Assembly: GCF_006345805.1 (NCBI RefSeq)
Contig: NC_043012.1
Location: forward strand, 58,900,001-58,964,000
Reading direction: 5' to 3'
DNA: 64,000 nucleotides
From: Octopus sinensis
Taxonomy: Eukaryota
Part shown: in pieces, positions 40,547 through 55,946 of the stretch
Numbering within the stretch: the stretch's first letter is position 1
Layout: each line of letters opens with the position of its first letter
Translations under genes and position numbers: made by a program
Notes under the pieces: generated by a model
Seen by the model: only the letters and a program-made list of their open reading frames with translations
Databases searched by the model: none
What the model was told of the DNA's origin: nothing

Positions 40547-41007
40547 TACATGTGAGTTCTCTAGACATCCTAGTGGTTGAGGCTATACTCATGAAGTAAT
40601 GTAGATAATTAAGTAACATAAACAGATTTCCAAAGTTCATTAAAGTTCTTTAAAGGTGATGTACAGTCTTATCACAGAATTTAAAAAAAGTTCTAATAGC
40701 ATCACAGAGAAGGTGACTTAATCCATGGTGTACATATGAATTTCCAGAGATATGAGGAGGGATTACATACTCACAGTATGTGAGTATGTAATCCCTCCTC
40801 ATATCTCTGGAAATTCATATGTACACCATGGATTAAGTCACCTTCTCTGTGATGCTATTAGAACTTTTTTAAAATTCTGTGATAAGACTGTACATCACCT
40901 TTAAAGAACTTTAATGAACTTTGGAAATCTGTTTATGTTACTTAATTATCTACATTACTTCATGAGTATAGCCTCAACCACTAGGATGTCTAGAGAACTC
41001 ACATGTA

Positions 41008-41097
41008 TTTTAGCTGATGAGTAGGGACACGTTTATATGCTGCAATTTTTGCAACTTTTAATAAAGCCTGTCCTTGTATGAAACGATTGTACTAAAA
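41008..41097 (+). ncRNA. Type I hammerhead ribozyme candidate (right arm of the palindrome)
   Basis: Stem I TTTTAG/CTAAAA (6 bp). Core CTGATGA at 41014-41020. Long stem II (GGGACA/TGTCCT, TTTAT/ATAAA, TGCAA/TTGCA). Then GAAAC-GATT-GTA, with predicted cleavage after A41091. Confidence 0.75.
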
Positions 41098-41243
41098 ACC
41101 TATCCATTCTTGTTGCTTCTTTCTCGCTTATAATCACCCCACATTGCTGTATTGTTAAAACCGTATAGTTTGTTTTGGTGCATCTAAGTTAGGTACCATA
41201 TTCAAGTAAATTCATTTAAATTAACTTGAATCTTTATTGCTTT

Positions 41244-41308
<65 letters not shown>

Positions 41309-41611
41309 TATATTATATATTAAGAGAGAGAGAGGGGGGAAAACAGAGCGAGAAAGACAAAGAAACAGAGACAGATATGCATGATTTGTGTGTAGAACAT
41401 TTTTATAAGGCCATGTTTTAAAATGGTGGTATCTTGCATCATGTTCATAAACATCTTGGGAAGTGAAATCCGTATTTTTAAAATTGCAATTTTGAATCCG
41501 ACTTAAGGGTGAAATTGACTTAAAGATTGAAGGTAGGGTATTAGAGAATGAAGCAATGAAAATTCGTAAACGATAAAGAGTAATCATGGATAAGAGAGCA
41601 TGAACATAGAA

Positions 41612-41660
<49 letters not shown>

Positions 41661-42583
41661 TACATATATCATATATATACATATATATATGTACATATAT
41701 CCTTATACACATAGATGCATACATACAAAAATATATACAGTATATATATATATATGAAATTGCATAATTAAGTGTAAAATGTAATAAAAAATGAGCTTTC
41801 AATAAATGCTAATAAATGGATCCGTAGAAAAACAATCATGTATAACTGATGAACCAGGAGTATTTTACAGACGCTAGAAATTTAACAAAAGTTTATATGA
41901 TTATCTGCATGAAATAAAACATTCTGCGAGAGCCTTCATACATTACAATATACTAGCCTTACGCGAACAATGGATGGAATATCTTGTTACATTAATGTAT
42001 AGCCCTGTTTCGATTCTAATAATGCATTATATTGTATCGGACATTCTCTTTGAGATCCCAAATCTATCTCGATAAAGCAGTAGCAGATGTTTTTTAAATT
42101 TATAAATGAAACTGTATTTTGTCCGTTGAAATGTAGAATTTTAGATTTCCTTCTAAATATTGATATTCGCTATGAGTTCTGAAGTAGTTTCTATAGATAA
42201 TAATTTTACAACGGTTCTCTGCATACATGTGTGTGCGTGGAGGGGTTAAATTACAGGACCTAGTACAAGTGTAGTATTCATTGATATTCATTAGTCAACA
42301 CGAGGCTTTGTAGAACATAGTTACCCAAGGCAATGTACTGGTAAATTGAACTCGTAGACATATATTTGCAAAGTAAGCTGCATAAGAACGCAGGTAGTTC
42401 TGCGTCTGTATTTTATTTACAATCATTCAAACGCAACACAAACACGCACACGCATACATACACATATCACCCAGAGTGAGAGAGGGTAGATAGATAAATT
42501 GAAAAGTAGATATATAGACAGATAGATAGATAGATAGATAGATAGATAGGTATGTAGGTAGATAGATAGATAGATAGATAGAT

Positions 42584-42637
<54 letters not shown>

Positions 42638-42683
42638 GTAGGTAGGTAGCAAGTCGATATATAGTTATGCATGTATGTATCGA

Positions 42684-42759
<76 letters not shown>

Positions 42760-43312
42760 TTCCGTACTTTCATTACGGTTTGTCAGATAAGCAATCATAT
42801 CGCATATCGCACTACAAAAACACTCCAAATAAATTATTTTATTCTTCCTCTATTTTATGTTTACAATTCCAACTTTGAGTTTTCTATTTTTCATTTAACT
42901 TCATTTCAAAGATTTAAGGTCAATTTTGAGGGTTAAATATTTCGGTTTGAATCTTTCATGTTAGCAGCCGGTAAATTTTCCATTAGACAAAATTGGTATA
43001 AACACGAAGCCTGGTTTTTACTGATGGACGTCTGCTTTATAGCATAATTGCTACCTAATATTGCTTCCCAATATCTTTGCAACCTAAAAGGAACTAACTT
43101 CTGGTCGGCTTCTTTCATTCTTTGGACAAATGCGTGCAGCTTCCAAAGATGGTAATTACAAAATGTTCGGCAATAAACTAATCTGCTTGCTTTCATCATC
43201 CGCACTTGCATATTTTTCTTCAAACTCACACCCACCAGCACATTCATATCGCATTCTAGTATCATTGCTATCATCATCATCATCATCATCAAAAACATCA
43301 TCATCATCATCA

Positions 43313-43379
<67 letters not shown>

Positions 43380-43607
43380 CATTATTATCATTGTCATTAT
43401 TATTAATGGCAATCAAAGTGTCTCCGATATATTTCGACGGCAAACCCAGGCAAAAATAATTTACTGTCGGTACTGATCTAAAGAATTCTTTACTATTACA
43501 AATTTTTAAACACAAAGGAAGGAATCCGTACGCTGGGTGTGTGGCGTGTATAGATCTGTTTGTACATTTGTACATCCACCCATCCACTTACTTCCTTAAA
43601 CTCACAG

Positions 43608-43640
<33 letters not shown>

Positions 43641-43789
43641 GACACACGCACACACATACATACATATGACCGCGCGCATGCGCTCACACAAACTCGTATG
43701 TGAGTGTGGTTGCAAACATGTACATCTGCAAGGAAGCTGTAAACATTTACAGACAGATGTGCGATTATAAGTACAACGCGCAGAGACCT

Positions 43790-44700
<911 letters not shown>

Positions 44701-45006
44701 AGGTTTGATAGACATTCAGGGAAATAAAAAAAAATCATGACGAATTTTTCATTGTACATTATATTTTCTATTGAAATCTAAAGTGCATACGTGTAGCAGT
44801 CGGATGGCGGGCAGCGGTGTGACGAGTACAGGCAGGTGGGGAGGCGCATTAAATGTATTGCATTATTTGATCGCAATCTATTTACGCGATCTGACTTCCA
44901 ATCCCTCAGAGACCGTCTCTAACTTTCAACCCCTGCAGGTATCGATAAAATACATAACAGTCGACTACCAGTGTAGATCGATGAATCAATCAATCGACTA
45001 TAGCTC

Positions 45007-45053
<47 letters not shown>

Positions 45054-45899
45054 ATATGCATATATTATCACATACATTAGAGGCTGTATATGAAATCGAT
45101 ATTGTGGTTAGATCGCATGTAAATCCTGATCGGTAAGACATAGATTTTCATCCCACATCGGCGTTTTAAAAGAAATACCAGTCGCGACAATACCCCGCCT
45201 AAATTTCGTAAATTTGAGGCCTACTATGTTTATCATGTGCTATCATTTATTTACAGACATTTACATTTATCATTGAGCTTTAAATTTTGTCGAATTTTGA
45301 TTTCCATTCACGTTCGTTCGCACGGAGATAGACTCCAGTAATACAACAGGGGTAACAAAGGATCAAATCTCCTTACTGATAAGGCCAGTTTCCTCAAATT
45401 ATGTGGTGAATATATTTCCTAATATATTCACGCCTGGACAGGAAATTGTTTCCTCGCAGGATTACTTTCTCATTTTTGTTTTTGTCAGGTGGGTGACCTA
45501 AACCAACGTGGACTGAATTGGTTAGCTCAAGATCAAAACGCATCTCCTGTTCTAGTAGTCGAAGCCACAAACATAAGATCATCAGTGAACACCCTAACCA
45601 TTAAGCCATGTTCCTCCACACTAGTAAGATAATAGGGTAAATACTCATAATTAGATTATTTGCACTCCCTATATTACACTAAACGCTGACCATCATCGGG
45701 TATTATCCATTGAGCTCAATAAAGGCTTGCAACACTGTCTACAATAATGGTCCTCAAGTGAGATCCATATGAACCTTCGGGTCCGATATAAGATGTTGTT
45801 GCTGAAATTTATGTGCAATAAACTGGTTATACTTCTAAAATGCACGAAACACTTTAACAACTTTTTTATACAATTATGATAATATTTCATTATAAATGA

Positions 45900-46098
45900 G
45901 GTGACGAGCTGGCAGAATCGTTAGCACGCAAAAGGCTTTGCAGCATTTCACGTGTGTACACGTTCTGAGTTCAAATTTCTTCCGAGGTCGACTTTGCTTT
46001 TCATCCATTCGGAGTCGATAAGTTAAGACCCAATTGTTCGATGTAATTGACTGATTCCCTTCCCTAATCTTGTTGTCCTTCAACCCAAATTTGAAATC
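45900..46098 (+). mobile_element. SINE family B
   Basis: GGTGACGAGCTGGCAGAATCGTTAGC...GAGGTCGACTTTGCTTTTCATCC. Confidence 0.75.
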
Positions 46099-46429
46099 AA
46101 TACAGGCTGATGTTTGTCGATTGATTAGCCTCTCCATTTTCATATATATTTATATATAACCACCAGGATTATACAAATTATAACAAATCGAGCCGCCGCA
46201 CAGAACTAGGTGTAAGGAATCGTGATATTACAAAAACTGAAATGAAATAAAGGATGTACTTAATAACCTTTTGGGATGCGTCTGCGTAGAGAAATTTAAT
46301 TAGTATTTAACGAAAAAAATTTACAACTATGAAATTTATATTAAATTACTGATTTTTTCTTAAACAATTAATGCTTTTCTTTATTTTTCATATGACTTTA
46401 CAAACTTCTTTAGTTGGCTGTTTCAAATT

Positions 46430-47273
46430 TGAATACCAGCGCAGTCGTGTGGTCTCCTCATTTTTGGAGCAGAAGCCTCCTCGCTGATTTGATCCCTTCG
46501 GGTTAAATACAGGTCCCCAGTGTTTTAACGTTCACTATACAAGTTATTCGGGCTAAATTTGACGACATTTTAGGTCTCTTTTTTGTCAGCAAAAGCCTGA
46601 TGCATTGAGGAACAGTCGACGGCCTTGGAGAGCATAAAGATTAAAGTTGTAGTTGAGACAGAGTACTGGAAGCTATCTCAAATATTGACAAACAGTTGCC
46701 TGTATCATGATGATTCGTGCCGGGTCAAAATGCCCTGACCGCTGGTCAGTGCTCTGTGAGCACTGTAAATGCCGTAATGGAGATAACAAAGCTGCAAACA
46801 GAAGGAAGGGACACAGCAGACGTTCTGGGTGTATCTGCACGCTGAGATTCACCCCTAAGTCTTTGAGCAGCGACTTTTATTCAATACAGAGAGTTATGTG
46901 AAACTATTGAAGGCTGTGCCGAAGCACTAGCTGGAAAGGATTGCTGTTGAAAGCCCATATGTGTTGCTGATGGATAATCTTCATGCTATGCCTTTCTAAA
47001 GAGTCAGGAGTGGTTGCCGGGAAACTTCTACGAATTTACCAGCCACATTTTCTGATAGCGAATTTTTCTCCGATTGGAATCCCATGAATAACCATGTATG
47101 GGCCGCCGTTACGCAAGACACTAACACTGTGTGCAATATCAGAACTGAACTGCTGCCAATTATCGAGGGGATGTTCGAAAAATCTTCTCACTGATACAAT
47201 GAAGAACGCATGCACCAGGTTCCCGAGCCGTCTTGAGGCTGCAATGGCAGCTGATCGTGGCTACTTTCAGTAA
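46430..47273 (+). pseudogene. Decayed Tc1/mariner-superfamily (maT/DD37D-like) transposase
   Basis: From ~46880 the frame-broken translation is NTESYVKLLKAVPKH*LERIA.ESPYVLLMDN...KSQEWL.GNFYEF...SPDWNPMNNHVWAAV...KNACTRFPSRLEAAMAADRGYFQ*, with the stop at 47271-47273. This matches the Tc1-type SPDLNP..VW motif and C-terminal helix. TIRs were not found. Confidence 0.8.
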
Positions 47274-47310
47274 CCTGTTATCTCTCACCCATAGTTTAGT
47301 TGTTAGTTTT

Positions 47311-47450
47311 TGGCTGCGTGGTAAGTAGCTGGCTTACGTACCACATGGTTCCGGGTTCCGTCATACTGCGTGGCACCTTGGGCAAGTGTCTTCTACTATA
47401 GCCTCGGGCCGACCAAAGCCTTGTGATTGGATTTGGTAGACGGAAACATC

Positions 47451-47485
<35 letters not shown>

Positions 47486-47718
47486 AGTGTGTGTGTGTGT
47501 TTGTGTGTCTGTGTTTGTCCCCCAACCAACATCGCTTGACAACAGATACTGGTGTGTCTATGTCCCCGGAAGTTAGCGATTCGGCAAAAAAGACCGATAG
47601 AATAAGTACCAGGCTTACAAAGAATAAGATCTGGGCATCGATTTGCTCGATCAAAGGCGGTGCTCCTGCATGGCCGCAGTCAAATGACTGAAACAAGTAA
47701 AAGAGTAAAGAGTAAGAG
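47311..47718 (+). mobile_element. SINE family A
   Basis: Family A head, body and tail, just downstream of the Tc1 remnant. Confidence 0.85.
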
Positions 47719-47894
47719 ATTTGGATACTGTGTTTCCATTTTCTTTTATACTGACTGTTAAATTCCATACCGAACAGCTTATAGAGTTCATAACTTACCA
47801 ATTCCTTTCTAAAGACCCAGTTATTATCCCCGTATCCTCTTCAGCGGCTGTTAAAACCCCATTCTTATATAATATGAACAGGTTCACATGTATG

Positions 47895-48915
<1,021 letters not shown>

Positions 48916-49619
48916 GTAATAATAATGACTGTAACAACGTCAACATCCGTTATGACAGGATGAGGTATAAATATTCGCATATCGACTCTCGACTTTTACA
49001 GAATTCGTGCGCATAAATGCATGTGTGTGGTTTGCGTGTCTGTGAGTTTGTGTGTGTATGTGGATGTCGGCGTGTCTTTGTGCGTGTCCGTCTGTGTGTA
49101 TGTGAGTCTATATGGTGTGCATACGTAGGTGTACGTGTTTCTTTTGGCGTTGCTCGAATTATATATTCAAGTTAATATTGCTTTTCAATAATTGAAGATA
49201 CTCATATATCATCGTTTCAGCATCGCATGCTAATTGATAAATATGTTTTATATGTTGATAAATATATGATAAGAGTCACTTCACAGTGAGAGGAAAAATT
49301 TAACTAGAGGTGAAACATGGAGGAAAAATATCAGAACAAGGAAGAAAACTCAGATTTTAACGTTGAGAGTGCATGCTGCTGCATTCTTCATACTTCGAAA
49401 AATTGTCCTGCCTCCCGCTTCTGCATCTCTCGCTCTACCTCCAGCCCACTCTCTTCTACATCTATTTATTTTTACAACTCTTTCTGTTTCTCTTTCCCCC
49501 CTCTCTCTCTCACTCTCTCTTTCGCTATCTCTCCTAAATCTACTTCTTGGTCTCCTTCTCAATCTGTCTGTCGGTCTCTCTCTTTCCTTCTATTTATTTT
49601 TCTCTACCAATTTCTACGG

Positions 49620-49627
49620 TTCCCCCC

Positions 49628-49699
<72 letters not shown>

Positions 49700-49768
49700 G
49701 TATATATATATATATGTACATATATGTATATATATATATATATATATATGCATATATATATATGTATG

Positions 49769-49813
<45 letters not shown>

Positions 49814-50019
49814 GTATATATGTATATATATATGTATATATATATATGCATATATGCATATATGCATATATGTATATATATATACATATATATATTTATA
49901 TTATTGTCTATCTATCTGTCTTTCTATCGTTCTATCGATCTATCTATCAATCTATCTATCTGTCTGTCTGTCTGCCTCTCAACCTGTCTGTCTATCAATA
50001 TGTTTGTCTATCTATATGC

Positions 50020-50097
<78 letters not shown>

Positions 50098-50260
50098 GTC
50101 GATCCATATATACCCCGCATTATCTCTTAATGTCTTATATTGAGCCTCTCCCTTTACTCTGTCCGCCACCCTGTCTCTCTCACTCACTCTGCCTCTCTCT
50201 CTCCCTCTCTCTCTCTCGCTCTCTTTCCATCTCTCTCTCTCTCTCCCTCTCGCTCTCTCA
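49620..50260. repeat. Compound (CT)n, (TA)n and (TCTA)n microsatellites
   Basis: Seen directly in the sequence. Confidence 0.95.
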
Positions 50261-50525
50261 TTCTCTTAGCTATTGTATCCTTGTTTCCACATACAACGGA
50301 ATAGTTCCATCGTATGTTTTAAGGAGGAGAAAAAGACAGAGGGGACCCTCCTACCGAAATGTTTATAAATGTTTTGTTTTATGCCAACGAAGCTAAATCG
50401 GTACTGTATGGATGTTTATACTTTGCAGTAATGTTGCACGTACGTCATGTAAGTGCTGACACATCAATCGATGAAACATTGAAATATGTTAATATCATAT
50501 CTAAGCGAACGACAATAACAACAAC

Positions 50526-50571
<46 letters not shown>

Positions 50572-50925
50572 AAAAAAAAAAATAATAATAATAATAATGA
50601 TAATAATAATAATAATAATAATCGATCGGCACGAAGTCGATGTTTCACAAAATGGAGTAATTTGTCAGTGATCGATCTGGCTTGACAAATAATTGCCTCT
50701 ATTCAGTTCTGATTTCCATTTTTACCTCTTACGAGCATCCTTGCACACATACAGAGACATAGACACACAAACCGATGGAGAACTGACACACCTGCACACA
50801 TACACACATACACACACACACACACGGCGCATAGACACAGACAGTCCGACGCACAAAACAAACAAATCAATATATGTATATATAATATATCTATACATTT
50901 ATATATACATATTATTTATATATAT

Positions 50926-50958
<33 letters not shown>

Positions 50959-51000
50959 GTATACAGAAAATATTTGTATATATGTATCCATGTATGTATA

Positions 51001-51031
<31 letters not shown>

Positions 51032-51584
51032 GTTATATATATGTATATATGTATATATATATATATGTGTGTGTATATATATATATGCATATATGTATGT
51101 ATGTATATATACATATATATATATATATACATATATATTATAATGTTTCTATGCATACTTTCAGGAAGTATACAACCTGTTTCTATGACAGTTCGTAGCA
51201 TCATCTTGATTTTCTGCTTCTGACTGAAGTTCTTCAAATGTGAAATAAATATCAACTCTTATCGTAACAAAATGTAGGTAATTGTTATATTATGTATGGT
51301 ACTTATAACAATACATAAACATATAAACAGCTGCTATCGATGCTTGATGCCCACAACATATATATGTTTTGGTCCGTTGCACGGCTGGCTAGTTTCTGGT
51401 TGTGTGGTTGTTTGGCGGGGGTGATATATTTGTAGAAATGGCGAGCGAAATTGACAACATACATGCAGTTGTTTTGTTGAACTGGTTAGAGTAATTTTTT
51501 TGTTTTGCTACTTTTACTGGCCTTAATTTTTTGGGCCGCAGCCTTACTTGTGTCCCATTTTTCAATTTGTATGATATTATTATC

Positions 51585-52136
51585 ATTGCTATTTATTGTC
51601 TTTGCACATCTTCTAACGCAGGTGATGTACTACAGTGCCAGTTGTTCACTATCAGTGAACTAAGGTAACACCCCTTACATTTCGTGCACTATCCGGAGTA
51701 TTCGAGGTGTTCCAAGCAGTACTGTTTTTCAAAAGTGCTCCACCCTTATTGCAGCCCCTATTTGTTACGTGAACCTCTCAAAATTTTACTCGCTGTTCTC
51801 AGGGCTCCGACAATATTTGTACGACTACTACCATTTTCATCGACCATAACTGCTTAACTTCTCAACTTTTCTTTCTTCGTGTTAGCATACCTTGTTTTCG
51901 GCTGGGCATGCTATATCTATGATTAAGCATCGTTTGCTTTCTTTCTCAATTAACACTATGTCTAGTTTCCTTTTCTCTATCTCATGGTTGCACTGAATCC
52001 TAAAATCCCAGAGGATCTTTGAATTATCATTTTCGATGATACGTTCGGGTTTATGCTCGTACCGCTTTTTTGCTCTGTCAAGTCCATATTTGTTGCAAAA
52101 TATCCAATGGTCAATCCTTGCTATATTGTCATGAAG
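51585..52136 (-). mobile_element. Older R4/Dong-like 3' fragment (RLE region)
   Basis: My minus-strand translation reads HDNIARIDHWIFCNKYG...KILWDFRIQCNHEIEKRKLDIVLIEKESKRCLIIDIACPAEN...VGAL...VLLGTPRILR. A 3' UTR with AATAAA follows. The 5' end abuts the 52141 (TAA)n tract. Confidence 0.8.
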
Positions 52137-52140
52137 TTTA

Positions 52141-52210
<70 letters not shown>

Positions 52211-52217
52211 TATTATT

Positions 52218-54986
52218 CAGTAGTTTTATTTTTATAGCGTGCTTTCACTTCACTACCGAGCGCAGCTCTGTGTGCCTTGGGTATGTGCTGTGATTTGTTG
52301 TGATGCTCTGATGGTTATTGTATGGAAAGTGTTCTGCGTAGGATGTGTGCAGTGCCTAGTAGTGCAATTTTCTGTATGTTATGTGTTTGTAAGTCCTGGT
52401 GTTTTTGTTATGTATTTGTCTGAATATTTTCTATCATGCCTAATGCACCTACTATGATAGGAATTGTTTGTTTTCAGATTCCACATTCTAGTTACCTTTT
52501 TTCCAGGTCTTTGTATTTTGAGAGTTTCTCCATTTCTTTTAGAGACACGTTGTCATCTGCCGGTATTGATACATCAATTAGAAAGCATTTTTTTTCTTCA
52601 TGATCTCTGACAACTATATCTGGTCTGTTGGCCTTAATTTCTCTATCTGTGTGTATCGGCATATCCCAGAGTATGGTTGCTTTCTCGTTTTCTGTGACCT
52701 TTTCTGGTGTGTGCCTATACCATCTTTTTTCTGTTGTTATTCCACAATGTTGGCATAGTTTCCAATGTATGTAGGTTCCAACTCTGTCATGTCTGTGAAT
52801 ATATTCCTTCTTAGCCAGGACTGGGCAGCTAGAGATAATATGATTTATTGTTTCTTGCCATCTCCACATATTCTGCAGTTACTTGTAATATTTCTTTTCA
52901 TTACATGTTTTTGGTAATTTCTGGTGGAGGCTTTGTCTTGTGCTGCAATTAAAAATCCCTCTGTTTCTGCTTTGAGTCCTGAGCTTCTCAACCATTGCTG
53001 GGATTTTTCTTTGTCTATTTCTTTTGCGTTTAGTTTAGTGCGGTATTTACCATGAAGGGGCTTTTCTTCCATCGTTTTATCATGGTTCGTTGCTGTTCTA
53101 TTTTTAGTTGGATTTCATTTGTTTTATAGCTTTTGTTGTTTCTTCATCATCTCTTCTTCTTCTTCGTGTTTATTAGGTGGTATGATTTCTTGTTTGTATT
53201 TGTCAGCTTCCTTAAATACTGAGCACAGTTTTTTGTTTTGCTCGTGTTTTGCTGCTATCTGGATCAGTTTTCCTTCCTTCTGAAGTAGGTATTTTTGCAG
53301 TCCTATGGTGGTTATTTTATAGTAGTTTTCCAGCTGTATAAGGCCTCTACCACGTTGTATATATAGTCTTTCTATGTCAGATTTTGGGTGATGCATCCTA
53401 GATCCTGTCAGTATTTTTGTTGTTTTCCTATCTATTTTGGACAGTTCATTTCGTGTCCAGTTAAGGATATTGTGGCTGTAACTTATAACTGGGACAGCTA
53501 AAGTGTTGATACCTATTATCTTGTTTTTAGCATTGAGCTCTGTTTTTAGTATTGATCTAACTCGTCTATAATATTCTTTTTTTATTTTCTCTTTCATATG
53601 TGTGTGTTGTGTCTTATCTAGTTCATGGATTCCTAAGTATTTGTAAGTTTGGCTTTGGTCTAATTCTTTTATTTCATTGGTTTTATCTAGTGTGATGTTG
53701 TTACTCTTAACTAGTTTTCCTCTTTTCATGGTTACTTTGGCGCATTTTTCTAATCCAAATTTCATATCTATTTCTTTGGTAAATACATGAACTGTCTTTA
53801 ATACTGTTTCCAGCTGTTTGTCATTTACAGCGTATAGTTTTAGGTCATCCATATATAAAAGGTGGCTGATCGTTTTGCCGTAACATTTGTATCCGCATCC
53901 AGTTTTATTTAGCATATCAGATAGAGGTGACAGTGCCAAGCAGAAAAGGAGTGGAGAGAGCGTGTCTCCCTGGAATATTGGGTGTAGGACTGTTTGCCAT
54001 TTATTCATAGAGTGCTCTATGAATTTTATGATTGTTGGTGCTACTTTGTTAATGGCTAGTGTTTCGAGGATCCATGTGTGGGGGTTGCTATCAAACGCCT
54101 TTTTGTAGTCAATCCAGGCCATACTGAGGCCTTTCTTCTTTCTGTGGCTGTCTTCAGTTACGGCTTTATTAATCATTAGTTGATCTTTACAGCCATATGA
54201 GCCTTTGCGGCATCCTTTCTGCTCTTCTGGGAACAGTTTATTTTCGTCCAGGTGCTTGTTCAGCCTTTGCGATATCACTGCAGTAAATGCCTTGAACATA
54301 GTAGGGAGGCAGGTTATTGGTCTGTAGTTTTCTGGTTTTGCTGTTTCATTTGATTTGGGAATTAAGATGGTTTTCCCCTTCGTGAGCCATTCAGGCATTG
54401 TCTCTGGCTCTGCTAGTATGCTGTTAAGTTTTCAGCCAGCTTTTGTGCATTCCTGTTAGATATTTCACCCAGAAGTTGGGGATCTTGTCATGCCCAGGTG
54501 CCTTCCAGTTGCTTAGTTTGCAGTGCCTGGGTGACCTCTTCAGTTGTTATGGGGGTCCAAAGTTGTTCAGATGCCGAGTTTGTTATTTGATACTCCTTTT
54601 TTTTGGCTGTTCGTTCGCCGACCATATTTCTCTCCAGAATTCTTCCAATTCTTCTGCCGTTGGTGCTGCAGTGACTTCTATTTTATTTTTTCCCAGTTCT
54701 TGGTAGAACTTTTTGGGGTTGGAGTTGAACTTTTTGTTCTGTTCAAAGAAGCGTTGGCGTTTCTCGTACCGGCGGATCCTTTGAGCTTGGCAAGGATTCT
54801 TGCTTCAGCTTTTCTTTTATCTCCGGCAAATCTTTTCTGTGATGTTATATTTGCGGAGCATTTTTGTTCTCTTTTTGTTGCTCAGTAGCGTTGATTGTTT
54901 GCTGATTTCATTAAGAATCGACAGGTCTTCTCTAATTAAAAAAAATTTTTTTTTGATGTTATTTATCCACAGGGTTTGTGGATAAA

Positions 54987-54987
<1 letters not shown>
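52218..54987 (-). mobile_element. R4/Dong-clade non-LTR retrotransposon, 5'-truncated (~2.8 kb), flanked by (TAA)n on both sides
   Basis: The minus strand encodes RT, a CCHC knuckle (CRICGDG.ETINHIISSC) and a restriction-like endonuclease (RPDIVV...LIDVSIP..KYKDL). The 3' UTR contains AATAAA and runs into (AAT)n at 52141-52217. The 5' end abuts (AAT)n at 54987-55027. Confidence 0.9.
52315..54980 (-). pseudogene. Disrupted RT/RLE ORF of the Dong-like element
   Basis: ORF 53124-54398 has YRPITCLP, EEQKGC, WIDYKKAFDS, IFQGDTLSP, LYMDDLKLY and YKYLG. ORFs 52845-53072 and 52492-52869 continue in other frames. The reconstructed C-terminus LLGTAHILRRTLSIQ* ends at 52315. There are several 1-2 nt frameshifts and an apparent in-frame deletion just before IFQGD (~53980). 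Confidence 0.9.
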
Positions 54988-55028
<41 letters not shown>

Positions 55029-55029
55029 T

Positions 55030-55612
55030 TTTAATCTTCATGTTTGTTACAAACACTTGCCGAGACTTACCAAACGTCCTAGGACGAGTGACGGTTAAGA
55101 GACGTTACAGTATGACTGTAGGAGTAGTAGCAAAATATATTCATGTAATACAACACAGACTTTCAAATTGATACGGTATTTCTAAGGATATGGGGAGTAT
55201 TTGTCAGGACAATCTTTTGGATCTCTCTGAGACATGGTTCTCCTGGGATATTATTTAAATATTTTCGATATTCCTTTCTTATCAAACCACGGTAACCCGC
55301 ACTAATAGGGTTAGTTCTCGCTTTAAGATGCAACACCTTTTCTACTTCAATCTGCAGATGCTTATATCTGGGTAATTTGTCAATATCCCTTACAGATATA
55401 TTTTTATCCGTGGAGAAACTTACATCTCTCAGTCTACTATTATTTTCTTCTCTTTCTTTAATGACTATGTCTGGTCGATTAGCCTGGATCGATTTGTTGG
55501 TATTGACTGGAAAATCCCAGAGGATAGTGACATTTTTACCTTTAACAACTGGCTCAGGGTGATGATGTTCATACCAGTAAATTCCAATGTAGATACTGTT
55601 CTACCTATCGTG
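55030..55612 (-). mobile_element. R4/Dong-like 3' fragment, a different subfamily
   Basis: The minus strand reads RHDR..YIHW...WYEHHHPEPVVKGKNVTILWDFPVNTNKSIQANRPDIVIKE...DV..STDKNIS...KLPRYKHLQIEVEK. The 3' end abuts (AAT)n at ~55027. Confidence 0.8.
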
Positions 55613-55619
55613 GCGACTT

Positions 55620-55755
55620 ATCATCATTATCACCATCATCATCATGATTCTTCTTCTTCTTCTTCTTCTTCTTCTTCTTCTTCTTCTTCTTCTTCTTCTT
55701 CTTCTTCTTCTTCTTCTTCATCATCATCATATTATTATTATTATGAATATTATTA

Positions 55756-55829
<74 letters not shown>

Positions 55830-55890
55830 GTTCTTCTTCTTCTTCTTCTTCTTCTTCTTATTATTATTATTATTATTGTTATTATTATTA

Positions 55891-55924
<34 letters not shown>

Positions 55925-55945
55925 GATTATGATTATTATTATTAT
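55620..55945. repeat. (ATC)n-(TTC)n-(ATT)n compound tract between Dong fragments
   Basis: Seen directly in the sequence. Confidence 0.95.
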
Positions 55946-55946
55946 C

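Larger units (their letters stand above)
40426..41127. repeat. Near-perfect 702-bp palindrome (350/349-bp arms, 3-nt loop GTA at 40776-40778)
   Basis: Arm-by-arm comparison by eye shows one substitution (the A/T run at ~40683/40871) and one 1-nt indel (~41024). The left end starts directly after a (TA)n tract. Confidence 0.95.

Noticed and set aside
42933-43260. Non-repetitive half of the minus-strand 159-aa ORF
   Set aside because: The ORF is open partly because of triplet repeats, and I recognise no domain.
45330-47840. Terminal inverted repeats for the Tc1/mariner remnant
   Set aside because: I could not match a convincing TIR pair or TA TSD by eye.
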